From: Candidatus Latescibacterota bacterium
Lineage (GTDB): Bacteria; Latescibacterota; UBA2968; UBA8231
DNA: 64,000 bases
Assembly: GCA_965217585.1 (NCBI GenBank)
Contig: OZ244561.1
Location: 3,168,001-3,232,000, forward strand
Direction of reading: 5' to 3'
Below are positions 48,264 to 58,236 of the stretch, in pieces (within the stretch, counting starts at the first letter, position 1; each line of letters begins with the position of its first letter). The translations under genes and the position numbers were made by a program. A model generated the notes under the pieces. The model was not told the DNA's origin. It saw nothing but the letters and a program-made list of their open reading frames with translations, and did not search any database.

Positions 48264-48500
48264 AGGCGGGCGGCCAAGATAAATCCCTGCCGGCCTCCGT
48301 GTAGGCGCAAGCCTCGTGCGATCTCGGGTATATCTGCGACGCCTATTTCCAAATCCCGGCGTAAATACCAGAAACAGCGGGCGTAGTAATCGGCAAAGGC
48401 TTGGCGGGCGAGTTGCAGACGCTCGGTTTCGTCTAGCGTATTTTCGCGTTCTGTATGCACGGTCTGCGTTTTCGGGATTATACGCGAGAAACGGCGATTA
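48254..48500 (-). CDS. Small hypothetical protein, probable antitoxin partner (start uncertain)
   Basis: AR.AF..YYARCFW..R.DL.I...DIP.IA.GLR.HGG...LC segment, coupled to the NTase stub. Confidence 0.5.
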
Positions 48501-48620
48501 GGTGTAGGCCTTCTACTATAATTGGATTGTACTTTGCAAGGTTCTTTCGGGCAAGGCGTCTTGACTTGTGCGACTAAAAAGGATAAGAGACAATGGAACA
48601 GCAAAAAGGAGCAAGCAGCG

Positions 48621-49943
48621 ATGTCCACGATACAGACGATGTCACAGCGTGATCTCAGAGCCGAAGCCAAGCGCTACCTGCCGGGAGGCGTCGGAGCTAC
48701 GGGACGGCACAACCCCTGCTTGGGGTATGCCCTCTACCTGCGCAATGCCGAGGGCTGCCGCATCTACGACGTCGATGGCAAGGAATACATCGATTTCAAT
48801 CTGGCCCACGGAGCCGCGTTTCTGGGCTACAACCACCCGGCAACGCGCGAGGCCATGACCGCGGCATTGGACGCGGGCATTCTCTCCGGCTACGAGACCG
48901 AGGCACATACTGACTTGGCGCGGCGGATTACCGAGATCGTTCCCTGCGCCCAGCGCGTGCGCTACGGCAATACCGGCTCAGAGGGGACGATGGTCTGTGT
49001 CCGCCTGGCCCGCGCCCGCACCGGCAAGCACAAGATTCTCAAATTCTGGGGGCACTTCCACGGCCTCTACGACTACGTCATGTTCAACTCGCACACACCG
49101 TTGACGCCAGTGCCTCCGGGCAACTACGTCGAACCGCGTGGTGAGTCTGCGGGCATGCCTCCGCAGATGGACGACCTCATCGTCGTCGTACCGTGGAAGG
49201 ACGAGGCCGCCCTGGAAAGAGCGCTGCGCGAGCACGGCGACGAGATCGGTGGCATCATCATGGAGCCGATCAATTACAACCAGGGTTGCATCGTCGCCGA
49301 CACCGAGTACATGCAGTTCGTCCGCGACCAGGCCAGTGCCCACGATATCGTCCTCATATACGACGAGGTGCTCTCGGCCTTCCGCACCGGGCCCGACTGC
49401 GCTCAGGGGTACTACGGTGTCACCCCGGATATTTGTGTTCTGGGTAAGGCGGTCGCCGCTGGTGCTCCACTCACCGTCATCGCCGGCAAAGCCGAAATCA
49501 TGGACCAAGTGGGCCCGCTTGGCGAGGTGGCTCAGAGCGGTACCTTCACCGGCAACCCGCCGGCCGTCATGACGGCGCTGGCTGCCGTCAACGAGCTTAC
49601 CAGTCCGGGGTTCTACGATCACATCTATGAAGCCGGAGGCCGGCTCTGCGACGGTCTGGTTGGACTGTTCGAGCACGCCGGCGTGCCCGCCCGGGTGCAG
49701 GGACTGGGTGCGCGCTTCGGTATCTTCTTCGGATTCACCGATCCCGTCGAGCGCTTCGACGATAGCCTCAACCGCGACCAGGAGCTAACCGGGAAATTCA
49801 TCCGCGCCTGCGCCGACAAAGGGGTCTATTTCCACGACTACGGCACGCTCGTCGCTGGCCACCACGGCGTGTCAGCCCAGCACACCTTGGACGATATCGA
49901 CGAGGCGCTTAATCGGATCGAGAGCGCGCTGCACAGTATGTAA
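48621..49943 (+). CDS. Class III aminotransferase (GSA aminomutase-like)
   Basis: DVDGKEYIDF, GSEG.M...RLAR, DEVLS.FR, LGKA and SGTF.GNP motifs. Confidence 0.9.
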   Translation: MSTIQTMSQRDLRAEAKRYLPGGVGATGRHNPCLGYALYLRNAEGCRIYDVDGKEYIDFNLAHGAAFLGYNHPATREAMTAALDAGILSGYETEAHTDLARRITEIVPCAQRVRYGNTGSEGTMVCVRLARARTGKHKILKFWGHFHGLYDYVMFNSHTPLTPVPPGNYVEPRGESAGMPPQMDDLIVVVPWKDEAALERALREHGDEIGGIIMEPINYNQGCIVADTEYMQFVRDQASAHDIVLIYDEVLSAFRTGPDCAQGYYGVTPDICVLGKAVAAGAPLTVIAGKAEIMDQVGPLGEVAQSGTFTGNPPAVMTALAAVNELTSPGFYDHIYEAGGRLCDGLVGLFEHAGVPARVQGLGARFGIFFGFTDPVERFDDSLNRDQELTGKFIRACADKGVYFHDYGTLVAGHHGVSAQHTLDDIDEALNRIESALHSM

Positions 49944-49965
49944 GCGCAACGGCGGTAGGCGATAA

Positions 49966-50127
49966 GAGGAAATTGCGGGAGAATTCCGCTTTGCGACCTT
50001 GGGTATGGATTTTTTGGGCCGCATAGTAGTGGTAGCATCCACATATCGGGGCGACGATATCCGCTTGATCTCGACCCGACCAGCCACGCCGCGTGAAAGG
50101 AAGCACTATGAGCAAGGAAGAATTTGA
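49966..50127 (+). pseudogene. brnT: BrnT toxin, C-terminal half only
   Basis: GEFRFATLGMDFLGRIVVV..TYRGDDIRLIS.R.AT.RERKHYE*. Preceded by a stop codon, N-terminal half absent. Confidence 0.8.
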
Positions 50128-50368
50128 CTTCACTCAGGCCAAACAAGGAGCACTCGTTCCTGCTGCGCCTACTAAAACGCGCATCACGATACGTTTGGAC
50201 ACCGATGTGTTGAACTGGTTCAGAAACCAAGTACACGAGGCCGGCGGAGGCAATTACCAGACCTTGATCAACGAGGCATTGCGTCAATATATCCACGTTC
50301 AGGATGCTGTCCTAGAGGAAACCTTGCGCAAAGTGATCCGTGAAGAACTACAGACGCTTTCCCAATAG
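50108..50368 (+). CDS. brnA: BrnA antitoxin
   Basis: KTRITIRLD.DVL.WF....GG.YQTLIN.ALR motif. Confidence 0.9.
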   Translation: MSKEEFDFTQAKQGALVPAAPTKTRITIRLDTDVLNWFRNQVHEAGGGNYQTLINEALRQYIHVQDAVLEETLRKVIREELQTLSQ

Positions 50369-50406
50369 TCTGTGCGGGTCGGTGGCGCTCGTCTTGGCCC
50401 GCGGCC

Positions 50407-51069
50407 TCAGTCCTCGGTGAGGATCCTTTGGATCATTCCTTCCAAGTCCGTCTGGCCAAAAGAGACGTCCCTGAGGACTCCCTTACGGTCGACTAGTATG
50501 GTAGACGGCGTTCCGCGCAGGGCGAACTTCTCAAACGTCTCGGCCGAATATTCCTTTGCCCTCAGATAGTCCTTCACCCTCTGTATGAGTTGTACCCTGT
50601 AGTTCTCGGGCTGCGAGTCGAAGTCGGGTATCTGGGGGTATATCACGTCCGTTATCGCTTCGTGGCTGGGCTCGCCGGACGTCCTCGTAAGGTTGTCCAT
50701 CCCGAGCGGAAACGGGATCTTGTAGGGCAGCTTGTCTCCCTCCTGCAGCTGCCCGCTCATTGCAAGTACCCTCTTGGTCTCCCCTATCACCTGGCCGGTC
50801 TCAGCTAGGAGCCTGAGGTTGTCAAGCGTGTTTTTGTCAAAGTCCTCAAAGGCGGTGGCCAGTCCCAAGACGCGCACCCCGTCGTCCTTGTACCTGTGGT
50901 ACACGCGTATCGCGTCAGGTATGGCATACATGAAGCATCCGGGACAATTGACCTGGAAGACTTCCAGCACCACGGTGTGATCCCGCTCCTGGTCGAAGTT
51001 GGTCGGGGCACCCTGCACCCAGCTTGAGACCCCAAAGTTGGGCACCATCTGTCCTACCTCTACAGCCAT
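50407..51069 (-). CDS. Thioredoxin-fold (TlpA/AhpC-TSA) protein, thaumarchaeal-like
   Basis: EVFQVNCPGC, TAFEDFDKN and GTPS motifs. Frequent AGG and ATA codons, unlike neighbours. Confidence 0.85.
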   Translation of the reverse strand: MAVEVGQMVPNFGVSSWVQGAPTNFDQERDHTVVLEVFQVNCPGCFMYAIPDAIRVYHRYKDDGVRVLGLATAFEDFDKNTLDNLRLLAETGQVIGETKRVLAMSGQLQEGDKLPYKIPFPLGMDNLTRTSGEPSHEAITDVIYPQIPDFDSQPENYRVQLIQRVKDYLRAKEYSAETFEKFALRGTPSTILVDRKGVLRDVSFGQTDLEGMIQRILTED

Positions 51070-51093
51070 GATATGTGGATTCCTTTATCCATA

Positions 51094-52776
51094 TTAGTCC
51101 CGCGTCAATTGGCGGTAACGGACCCGCTGGGGCACGACCGAATCCTCACCTAGCCGCGCCTTCTTGTTCTCTTCGTATTCCGAATAATTGCCCTCGAACC
51201 AATAGACTTGGCTGTCGCCCTCAAACGCCAGAATGTGCGTGACGATACGATCCAAAAACCACCGGTCGTGGCTGATGACCACCACGCAGCCGGCGAAGTT
51301 TTCCAACCCCTCCTCCAGCGCCCGCAGCGTATGCACGTCTAGGTCGTTGGTCGGCTCGTCGAGCAGGAATACATTGGCCTGCTCCTTGAGCACCTTGGCC
51401 AGATGCACCCGATTGCGCTGCCCGCCCGAGAGCGTACCAACCTGCTGCTGCTGGTCGGCACCAAGGAAGTTGAAGCGCGCGAGGTACGCCCGCGAATTTA
51501 CCTTGCGCTCGCCCAGCTCGATCTCTTCCTCGCCGCCCGAAACTTCCTGCCAGACGGTGTTTTCCCCCACCAAGGTTTCCCGGCTCTGATCTACATACCC
51601 CAGTTGCACGGTCTCGCCGATGTGGAGCTGGCCGCTGTCGGCGCTCTCTTGGCCGGTAATCAGCCGGAACAGGGTTGTCTTGCCCGCGCCGTTCGGCCCG
51701 ATGACCCCGACGATCCCGCCCGAGGGCAGGGCGAAATCCATGTTCTCGAAGATGATGCGATCGCCGTAGCGCTTGCTCACGTCCTTGGCCTCAATGGCGA
51801 TATCGCCCAGCCGCGGCCCCGGCGGAATGTAGAGCTGCACAGACTCGTTTCGCTGCACTCGATCCTGATTTAGCAATTCCTCGTAGGCTCTGATCCTGGC
51901 CTTGCTCTTTTGCTGCTTGGCCCTCGGCGTCATGCGGATCCACTCCAGCTCTCGCTCCAGCGTCCGCTGTCTTTCGCTCTCGCTTTTTTCTTCCAGCCGC
52001 AGGCGCTCCTTTTTCTGCTCTAACCACGACGAGTAATTCCCCTTCCACGGTACGCCGCGCCCTTGGTCCAACTCCAGAATCCAGCCCGCCACATTGTCGA
52101 GAAAATACCGGTCGTGGGTAACGGCGATCACCGTCCCTTGGTACTGATGCAAATGCCCCTCCAGCCACGCCACGGTTTCGGCGTCGAGGTGGTTGGTTGG
52201 CTCGTCTAGCAGCAGAATATCCGGCCGGCGGAGCAACAACCGGCACAGCGCCACCCGCCGCCGCTCGCCGCCCGAGAGCGTGGAGACCTCTTGGTCTTCG
52301 GGCGGACAGCGCAGCGCGTCCATCGCCATGTCCAGCCGACTGTCCAAATCCCAGGCCCCGGCTGCGTCGAGCTGTTCGGCCACGGATGCCTGCCGCTCGA
52401 TCAGGGCGTTCATGGCGTCGTCGTCCATGGGTTCGGCGAACTGGGCGTTGATGCCCTCGTACTCGCGCAGCAAATCCACGGTCTCCTGCACGCCCTCCTC
52501 GACGATCTCTTTGACCTTTCTCCCCTTCTCTAGCTCGGGCTCCTGCTCCAGGTACCCCACGGTAAACCCCGGCTGTACCTGAATGGTCCCTTCGTGTTCG
52601 GGGTCTATGCCCGCCATAATCCGTAACAAGGAACTCTTACCCGACCCATTCAAGCCCAACACCCCGATCTTGGCCCCGTAGAAGTACGACAGTGAAATGT
52701 CTGCGAGAATCACTTTCCGGTTGTAGTGCTTGCTCACCTTGTACATCGAATAGATGATTTTTTCTGCTTCGCTCAT
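51094..52776 (-). CDS. ettA: ABC-F translational throttle protein
   Basis: Two ABC domains, GAKIGVLG.NG.GKS, GNYSSWLEQK and ELEWIR..PRA motifs. Confidence 0.95.
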   Translation of the reverse strand: MSEAEKIIYSMYKVSKHYNRKVILADISLSYFYGAKIGVLGLNGSGKSSLLRIMAGIDPEHEGTIQVQPGFTVGYLEQEPELEKGRKVKEIVEEGVQETVDLLREYEGINAQFAEPMDDDAMNALIERQASVAEQLDAAGAWDLDSRLDMAMDALRCPPEDQEVSTLSGGERRRVALCRLLLRRPDILLLDEPTNHLDAETVAWLEGHLHQYQGTVIAVTHDRYFLDNVAGWILELDQGRGVPWKGNYSSWLEQKKERLRLEEKSESERQRTLERELEWIRMTPRAKQQKSKARIRAYEELLNQDRVQRNESVQLYIPPGPRLGDIAIEAKDVSKRYGDRIIFENMDFALPSGGIVGVIGPNGAGKTTLFRLITGQESADSGQLHIGETVQLGYVDQSRETLVGENTVWQEVSGGEEEIELGERKVNSRAYLARFNFLGADQQQQVGTLSGGQRNRVHLAKVLKEQANVFLLDEPTNDLDVHTLRALEEGLENFAGCVVVISHDRWFLDRIVTHILAFEGDSQVYWFEGNYSEYEENKKARLGEDSVVPQRVRYRQLTRD

Positions 52777-52777
52777 G

Positions 52778-53713
52778 TCAGCTCAATCCTTTATATGCTG
52801 TAAATACAATCCCCAAATCCCGTTCCGCCCGCGCCAAGTCCGAATACGGCTGCCGCCCCGGCTGCTGCAAACACTGCAAGAAGTCCCGCATCATGCCCCC
52901 ATAGCCCATCAAGTCCCCCACGCCCGGAAAGTAGAGCCGCTTCCGCCGCCCTCGCAAACGCGCGTATAGCCCATTGCACTCGAAGATCACCCGTCCCTCC
53001 GTCCCCAAAATCCGCGCGTGCTGAAAGGTGCCCTTGGTCAAGCTGAAGGCGTTCCAAGCATAGCGCAACACCAGCTCGGCCCCGGATGCGTATTCGACCC
53101 GCACTATCGAGTTCCGCTCCGGCTCGCCCGCCCGGTGCCCGGGGAACTCCGCGGTCACCTGCCGGGGGGCGTCGGAGAACAGGTCCGCTCCGAGGGCCAC
53201 GAAGTGGATTCCTCCCTCCAGCAGCGCACCATAGCCGCTTTTCCATCCCGTGGCCTGCTGCGTAAAGCGCTTGCCAAGGGTCGCCTGCTGCACTTGGCCG
53301 ATAAAACCCTGCTGGATGATCCACTTGAGCAGCTTGAGCAAGGGCTTGTAGTAGTAGTTTTCCGCGATCATTAGCAGCGCACCTGGATGGGCCGCCGCGG
53401 CTGCGCCAATGGCCGCCAAATCGTCTTCGGTGGCGCACAACGGCTTTTCCACCAGCACTCCCTTGCCGGCGGCCAATGCTTCGATGACTTGGGGCCGATG
53501 GGCATCTGGCGGCGAGCTGATCAACACCGCATCCACCGCGCTGTCGAGGACTTCGGCGTACGATGCGAAGACCGGTCCCCCTCCGCATTGGCGGCTGAGG
53601 GCTTCGGCGCTAGACTGCGTGCGGCTGTGAAAGGACAGCTCGGCCTTGCCGATGAGGTTTTTCGCGTGCAGGCGACCGATGGTGCCGCACCCAACCAGAC
53701 AGACCTTCTTCAT
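52778..53713 (-). CDS. Gfo/Idh/MocA oxidoreductase
   Basis: VGCG.IG, VEKP and GAL.EGGIH motifs. Confidence 0.9.
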   Translation of the reverse strand: MKKVCLVGCGTIGRLHAKNLIGKAELSFHSRTQSSAEALSRQCGGGPVFASYAEVLDSAVDAVLISSPPDAHRPQVIEALAAGKGVLVEKPLCATEDDLAAIGAAAAAHPGALLMIAENYYYKPLLKLLKWIIQQGFIGQVQQATLGKRFTQQATGWKSGYGALLEGGIHFVALGADLFSDAPRQVTAEFPGHRAGEPERNSIVRVEYASGAELVLRYAWNAFSLTKGTFQHARILGTEGRVIFECNGLYARLRGRRKRLYFPGVGDLMGYGGMMRDFLQCLQQPGRQPYSDLARAERDLGIVFTAYKGLS

Positions 53714-55197
53714 CGCTTTGCTAGAATTCGCTCGGCGACCCGCAGTGCGTTGGCCGCGATCGTCAAACTTGGGTTTACCCCGCCCGAAGAGGGCATGAAG
53801 CTGCCGTCAGACACGTAGAGATTTTCGCTGCCCCAATAGCGGCAATCCACGTCGAGCACGCCTTCCTCGGGTGTGGTGGCGCAGCGCAGGGTACCTATGG
53901 CGTGCGAGAAGGAATCGATCAAGTGGCGGTAGCGCAGCAGGCCGCCCGCTTGGCGCAATACGGCCTCTGCTTTAGCCAGCAGGTGATCGCGGCGGCGACA
54001 GTCGGCGCTGCTATAGGCGTGCTCCACCTGCACTAGTTCCATGCCGAAGACGTCCTGCTCGCTGGCCAACGACACGCGGTTTTCTCGGCGCGGATCGTCC
54101 TCGGCAATGCAGAGCAAGTTCTGCATATAGCCAGTCAGCAGCCCGACGAGGGTCTTGAAGCCCCAAGGGGCGTGGTGCCGGATGATGGGGGGAGCCGGCG
54201 TGTAGATGTCTTGGATGACGCCCACGGCCGTGCCCAATTCCGCGCGCAGGTCTTCGTAAAAATCGGAAAAGCAGAGTTGTTTGTGGAAGACCTGTTGCGG
54301 ATTGGTGCGAAAGGGGAAGATGCAATTGGCAATCCCGTTGCAGTGTCGCATGAGAAAGCGCCCAATCAGGGGATGATCGAATCCAGAGCGCAGCATCAGG
54401 GCCGGGCTGTTGAGCGCCCCAGCGGCTAAGACCACTAAGTCGGCCGAGAGCGCGTGGGCTTGCCGGGAGGCGCTGTCCACGTATTCGACCTGTTCGACGC
54501 GCCCGCCCCGTTGCACCAGCCGCTGCGCCACCGCGCCGACGATGATCTCCAGCCCGGCCGCCGAGGCGGCGGATAGCACGGTGGAAGCCATGTCGTTTTT
54601 GGCCTCCACCTTGCAGGGGAACCCGTCGCAGGTGATGCAGCGCAGGCAAAGGGGCCGGGTGCGGTCGGAAAAGTTGATCGCTAGGGGGATCTTGAACGGC
54701 TGAAACCCTAGGGCCGTCCCCGCTTGGTGAATGCGCTGGGCCGGCGCGCTCAGCTCAACGGCGCGGCGCGGATAGGCATCTATCCCCGGAGGTTGGTAGG
54801 GATCGGTGCCCACCTCGCCGTGTACTTCGAGAAGCTGCTCGGCGCGGGCGTAGTATGGCGCTAGGTCTGCATAGGACAAGGGCCAGCGGGCAAAATCCGC
54901 CGGCCGCAGCCGCAACGACGCCCCGCCGAAAAAGACCGAGTTGCCGCCGACGACCTCGTTGGGATAGGTGCGCTGGAAGGTGCGGCGTCCGTACTGCTTG
55001 ACCAAGAGGGGCGAGGCCGCGCGGTAGCGCTTTTGCAGCAGGATGGTGCGCTGATCCCAGTCCGCGTCGTCGCGCTTGGCCCATTGGCCCCGCTCCAGCA
55101 GCGCGGTCTTCAGCCCGGCTTGCACCAGCGCGTGGGCCACCAGCGAGCCGCCGAACCCGGAGCCGATGACCACGGCGTCATAGTGCGCCGCGTTCAT
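53710..55197 (-). CDS. GMC family oxidoreductase
   Basis: GSGFGG, VGGNS, C..C..C.GFPC, H.IGT and VNPSLTI.ANALR motifs. Confidence 0.9.
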   Translation of the reverse strand: MNAAHYDAVVIGSGFGGSLVAHALVQAGLKTALLERGQWAKRDDADWDQRTILLQKRYRAASPLLVKQYGRRTFQRTYPNEVVGGNSVFFGGASLRLRPADFARWPLSYADLAPYYARAEQLLEVHGEVGTDPYQPPGIDAYPRRAVELSAPAQRIHQAGTALGFQPFKIPLAINFSDRTRPLCLRCITCDGFPCKVEAKNDMASTVLSAASAAGLEIIVGAVAQRLVQRGGRVEQVEYVDSASRQAHALSADLVVLAAGALNSPALMLRSGFDHPLIGRFLMRHCNGIANCIFPFRTNPQQVFHKQLCFSDFYEDLRAELGTAVGVIQDIYTPAPPIIRHHAPWGFKTLVGLLTGYMQNLLCIAEDDPRRENRVSLASEQDVFGMELVQVEHAYSSADCRRRDHLLAKAEAVLRQAGGLLRYRHLIDSFSHAIGTLRCATTPEEGVLDVDCRYWGSENLYVSDGSFMPSSGGVNPSLTIAANALRVAERILAKR

Positions 55198-55978
55198 GGG
55201 CGTAGAGCGCGGCCAGCCCGGCGATGATAGCCAAGGCCGCGTAGTGGAACCTTTCGCGGGTGTCCAATTCGCGCTGGATTCTGGGTAGGTTGGGTTGGAA
55301 TTTGCCGGACATATTGCGCTGGATGTAGGTCTTGTAGTACTCGACGGTAAATCGCTCTAGCCCGCCGTTCATGTAGATGAGAAAACCCAGCCCGACCGGG
55401 TGTTCGGGGCTGCCGAGAAAGTAAAACAGCGGACTCAAGGCGGCCAAGACGACCCCAGAGCGCTGGAATTTGAGCCACTTGAACCCCTCAAAGGGTGCGT
55501 CCTTATAAGCACCCCCCAAGGCCACGAGCAGCCCGGTGCAATATCCGGTCGCCAGATAGCCCCAGAAGCTCTCAACGGGTGCGGCGATGAGCAGGAAGGC
55601 GAAGACAATGGCGACGATTAGGCCCCCCGCGCCGTAGCGGAGCAGGTCGCTGGTGATCGGGCGGCCAAAGAAGGTAATGCGCGAGGGAACGAAGTACTTT
55701 TGCTGGTCTTCGGTGCGGAAGAAGCCCTTGTAGATTTCGGCGAGGAAGCGCTCTAGGCCCATGATCAGGAAGAACATCTGCACGAGGCCAAGATGCTGGA
55801 ATTGCGCGCTGAAATACGGGATGAAGTACAGCGGCAAAAAGATCGCGACGTGGAAGTACATGCTGCGCGGAAAGGTCTTGGGCTTGAAGCCCTCATACGG
55901 AGCGTCTTTGAACGCGCCCCACAGGCAGGTGTAGAGGCCGGAGACGAGAGCGGTGATAAACGAAAGGGCGAAGGTCAT
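55178..55978 (-). CDS. Internally duplicated membrane protein of unknown function
   Basis: GA(F/Y)KDAP(Y/F)EGFK and GLERF..E.YK each occur twice. Several TM segments. Confidence 0.75.
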   Translation of the reverse strand: MTFALSFITALVSGLYTCLWGAFKDAPYEGFKPKTFPRSMYFHVAIFLPLYFIPYFSAQFQHLGLVQMFFLIMGLERFLAEIYKGFFRTEDQQKYFVPSRITFFGRPITSDLLRYGAGGLIVAIVFAFLLIAAPVESFWGYLATGYCTGLLVALGGAYKDAPFEGFKWLKFQRSGVVLAALSPLFYFLGSPEHPVGLGFLIYMNGGLERFTVEYYKTYIQRNMSGKFQPNLPRIQRELDTRERFHYAALAIIAGLAALYAHERGAL

Positions 55979-56138
55979 GGTTCGTTGGGCGGTGGTTGGA
56001 GTGGCCAAAGCATCAAATAGTAGGCTTCCCGCCCCGGTTGGGCAAACACCCCGCGTGTTGACGTTACTTATACCATTGGTCAGTTTTTGAAGACGATTCG
56101 ACCACGGTCCACTACAATTTCAACAAGGAGCTTTTCCC

Positions 56139-57002
56139 ATGCGACTCGGCGTCTGCGGCATGTTGCCCCCGGACTTTCGCGAAATTAGCGACCAACACCT
56201 AGCGGCGATCAAGGCGCTCAACCTCACGGGCGCGGCCTTTCACGCCCCGGGGGAAGAGCTGTCTGCCATCACCGCCGCAGAGTGCCACAAGGTGCGCGAT
56301 ACCATTGCGGCCGCGGGCATGGATCTGCCCCAGTTCGGCATTGGCTTTGCCGAGTGCCTGTTTGATCCCAGCCCTGCGGTGCGCGACCAAGTCGTCGGCA
56401 AGATCGAGCGCGGCATTGAAGTGGCCCGCGACTTGGCTGCCCACACTTGCCTAATCCGCACGGGCAGCCTCAATCCCTCCGGCTCGTACTCGCCATCGCC
56501 GCTCAATCTCACGCCCGAGGCTCGCGCCCTGCTCGTCGAAACCCTCAAGCGCATCGCCGCCAAAGCCGAGTCTGAAGCGGTCACCATAGTCATTGAGACG
56601 CATCTGCTGACCATCATGGGGTCGCCGGAAGCAAACCGCGACGTGCTGCAAGCCGTTGGCTCCGAGCGCATGACCGTGGTCATGGATTACGTCAACCATT
56701 TCCAGAATTTGCACCAAGTGTACAACAGCACCGAGCGTTTGCAGCACATATTTGAGATTATGAACCCCATCTCCACCGTCGGGCATTGCAAGGATATCAA
56801 GCTGTCCAATGGCTTGGTGCTCCACATCGACGAGGAGATACCCGGCGACGGCGAACTCGACCTCGTCACCGCGCTCAAGCTGTGGGACGACGCCCATCCC
56901 GACGGCTATATGCTGCTCGAGCATCTACCCAACGAGAAATACCCCAGAGCTGCCGCCAATGTCCACCGCATCCTTGCCGCAGCCGGCATTCCCGTGCATT
57001 AA
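56139..57002 (+). CDS. Sugar phosphate isomerase/epimerase (TIM barrel)
   Basis: IETH, D.VN, HCKD, PG.G.LD and LEH motifs. Confidence 0.85.
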   Translation: MRLGVCGMLPPDFREISDQHLAAIKALNLTGAAFHAPGEELSAITAAECHKVRDTIAAAGMDLPQFGIGFAECLFDPSPAVRDQVVGKIERGIEVARDLAAHTCLIRTGSLNPSGSYSPSPLNLTPEARALLVETLKRIAAKAESEAVTIVIETHLLTIMGSPEANRDVLQAVGSERMTVVMDYVNHFQNLHQVYNSTERLQHIFEIMNPISTVGHCKDIKLSNGLVLHIDEEIPGDGELDLVTALKLWDDAHPDGYMLLEHLPNEKYPRAAANVHRILAAAGIPVH

Positions 57003-57028
57003 ACGCGCATCTAACCAAGGAGAATACT

Positions 57029-58225
57029 GTGATTAAGCCCCACGGCGCAGAAGAGCTCAAACCACTCTACGTCGAAGACGATGCAGTGCGTACCCAGCTT
57101 CTAGAAGAAGCCGCTGGCCTGCCCTCTGTAGTCGTCTCTTCCGCTGCTGCATCCTCAGCCGTCATGCTCGGCTCAGGGTACTTTACCCCGCTTACAGGCT
57201 TTATGGACGCAACCGACGCCAAGTTCGTGGCTGCCACCACGCACACGGCCGCTGGCCTGCTGTGGCCCACCCCGGTCGTCAACATGGTCCCCAGCGATCA
57301 GGTTCCCGAGGGCGTGGCTCCCGGCAGCCGCATCGCCCTGTTGGATCCCAATGTGGACGGCAATCCCGTCCTTGCCATCCAGGAAGTGACCGAGGTCGAA
57401 TCGCTTGCGAGTGTGGAGCGCTCTTCCATCATTTTCCAAGTCTTTGGCACGGAGGACGCCGCCCATCCCGGAGTAGCTGCTTTCATGGCCGCGGGCGACA
57501 CCCTCATCGCTGGGCCAGTCGAGGTACTCAACTTCTCGTACTTTCCCGGCGAATTTCCCCAGACCTTTCGCACCGCTGTTGAGCTGCGCGCTGAGATCGC
57601 CGAGCGCGGTTGGGATCGGGTCGTGGCCTTCCAGACCCGCAACCCCATGCACCGCGCCCACGAAGAGCTGTGTCGCATGGCGCAGCAGGCTGTCGAGGCC
57701 GATGGCATCCTCATCCACATGCTATTGGGCAAGCTCAAGGCCGGCGACATCCCGGCCGATGTGCGCGACGCCTCCATCCGCAAAATGGTCGAGCTCTACT
57801 TCCCGGAAAACACGGTGATGATCGCTGGCTATGGCTTTGACATGCTCTACGCCGGTCCGCGCGAAGCCGTGCTGCACGCCATCTTCCGCCAGAACAGCGG
57901 CTGCACGCATCTGATCGTGGGCCGCGACCACGCGGGCGTTGGCGATTACTACGGAGCGTTTGACGCGCAGACCATTTTTGACGGCATCGACGACGCCCTC
58001 GAAATCGAAATTTTCCGCGGCGATCACACCGTCTGGTGCAAGGAGTGCAGCGAGGTGGTGATGATGCGCGACTGCCCGCATGGCGGCGACGCGTACCTAT
58101 TCCTGTCGGGGACCCAGGTCCGCGAGCAGCTGGCCGCTGGCGAGGCCCTGCCGCCGGAGTTTGCGCGGCCAGAAGTGGCCGAGATCCTCGCGGAGTACTA
58201 TCAGCAAGAGGCAGTGGGAGCTTAG
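57029..58225 (+). CDS. sat: Sulfate adenylyltransferase
   Basis: FQTRNPMHRAHE, YAGPREA, VGRDHAGVG and SGT.VR motifs. Confidence 0.95.
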   Translation: MIKPHGAEELKPLYVEDDAVRTQLLEEAAGLPSVVVSSAAASSAVMLGSGYFTPLTGFMDATDAKFVAATTHTAAGLLWPTPVVNMVPSDQVPEGVAPGSRIALLDPNVDGNPVLAIQEVTEVESLASVERSSIIFQVFGTEDAAHPGVAAFMAAGDTLIAGPVEVLNFSYFPGEFPQTFRTAVELRAEIAERGWDRVVAFQTRNPMHRAHEELCRMAQQAVEADGILIHMLLGKLKAGDIPADVRDASIRKMVELYFPENTVMIAGYGFDMLYAGPREAVLHAIFRQNSGCTHLIVGRDHAGVGDYYGAFDAQTIFDGIDDALEIEIFRGDHTVWCKECSEVVMMRDCPHGGDAYLFLSGTQVREQLAAGEALPPEFARPEVAEILAEYYQQEAVGA

Positions 58226-58236
58226 GAGTTAAAACT

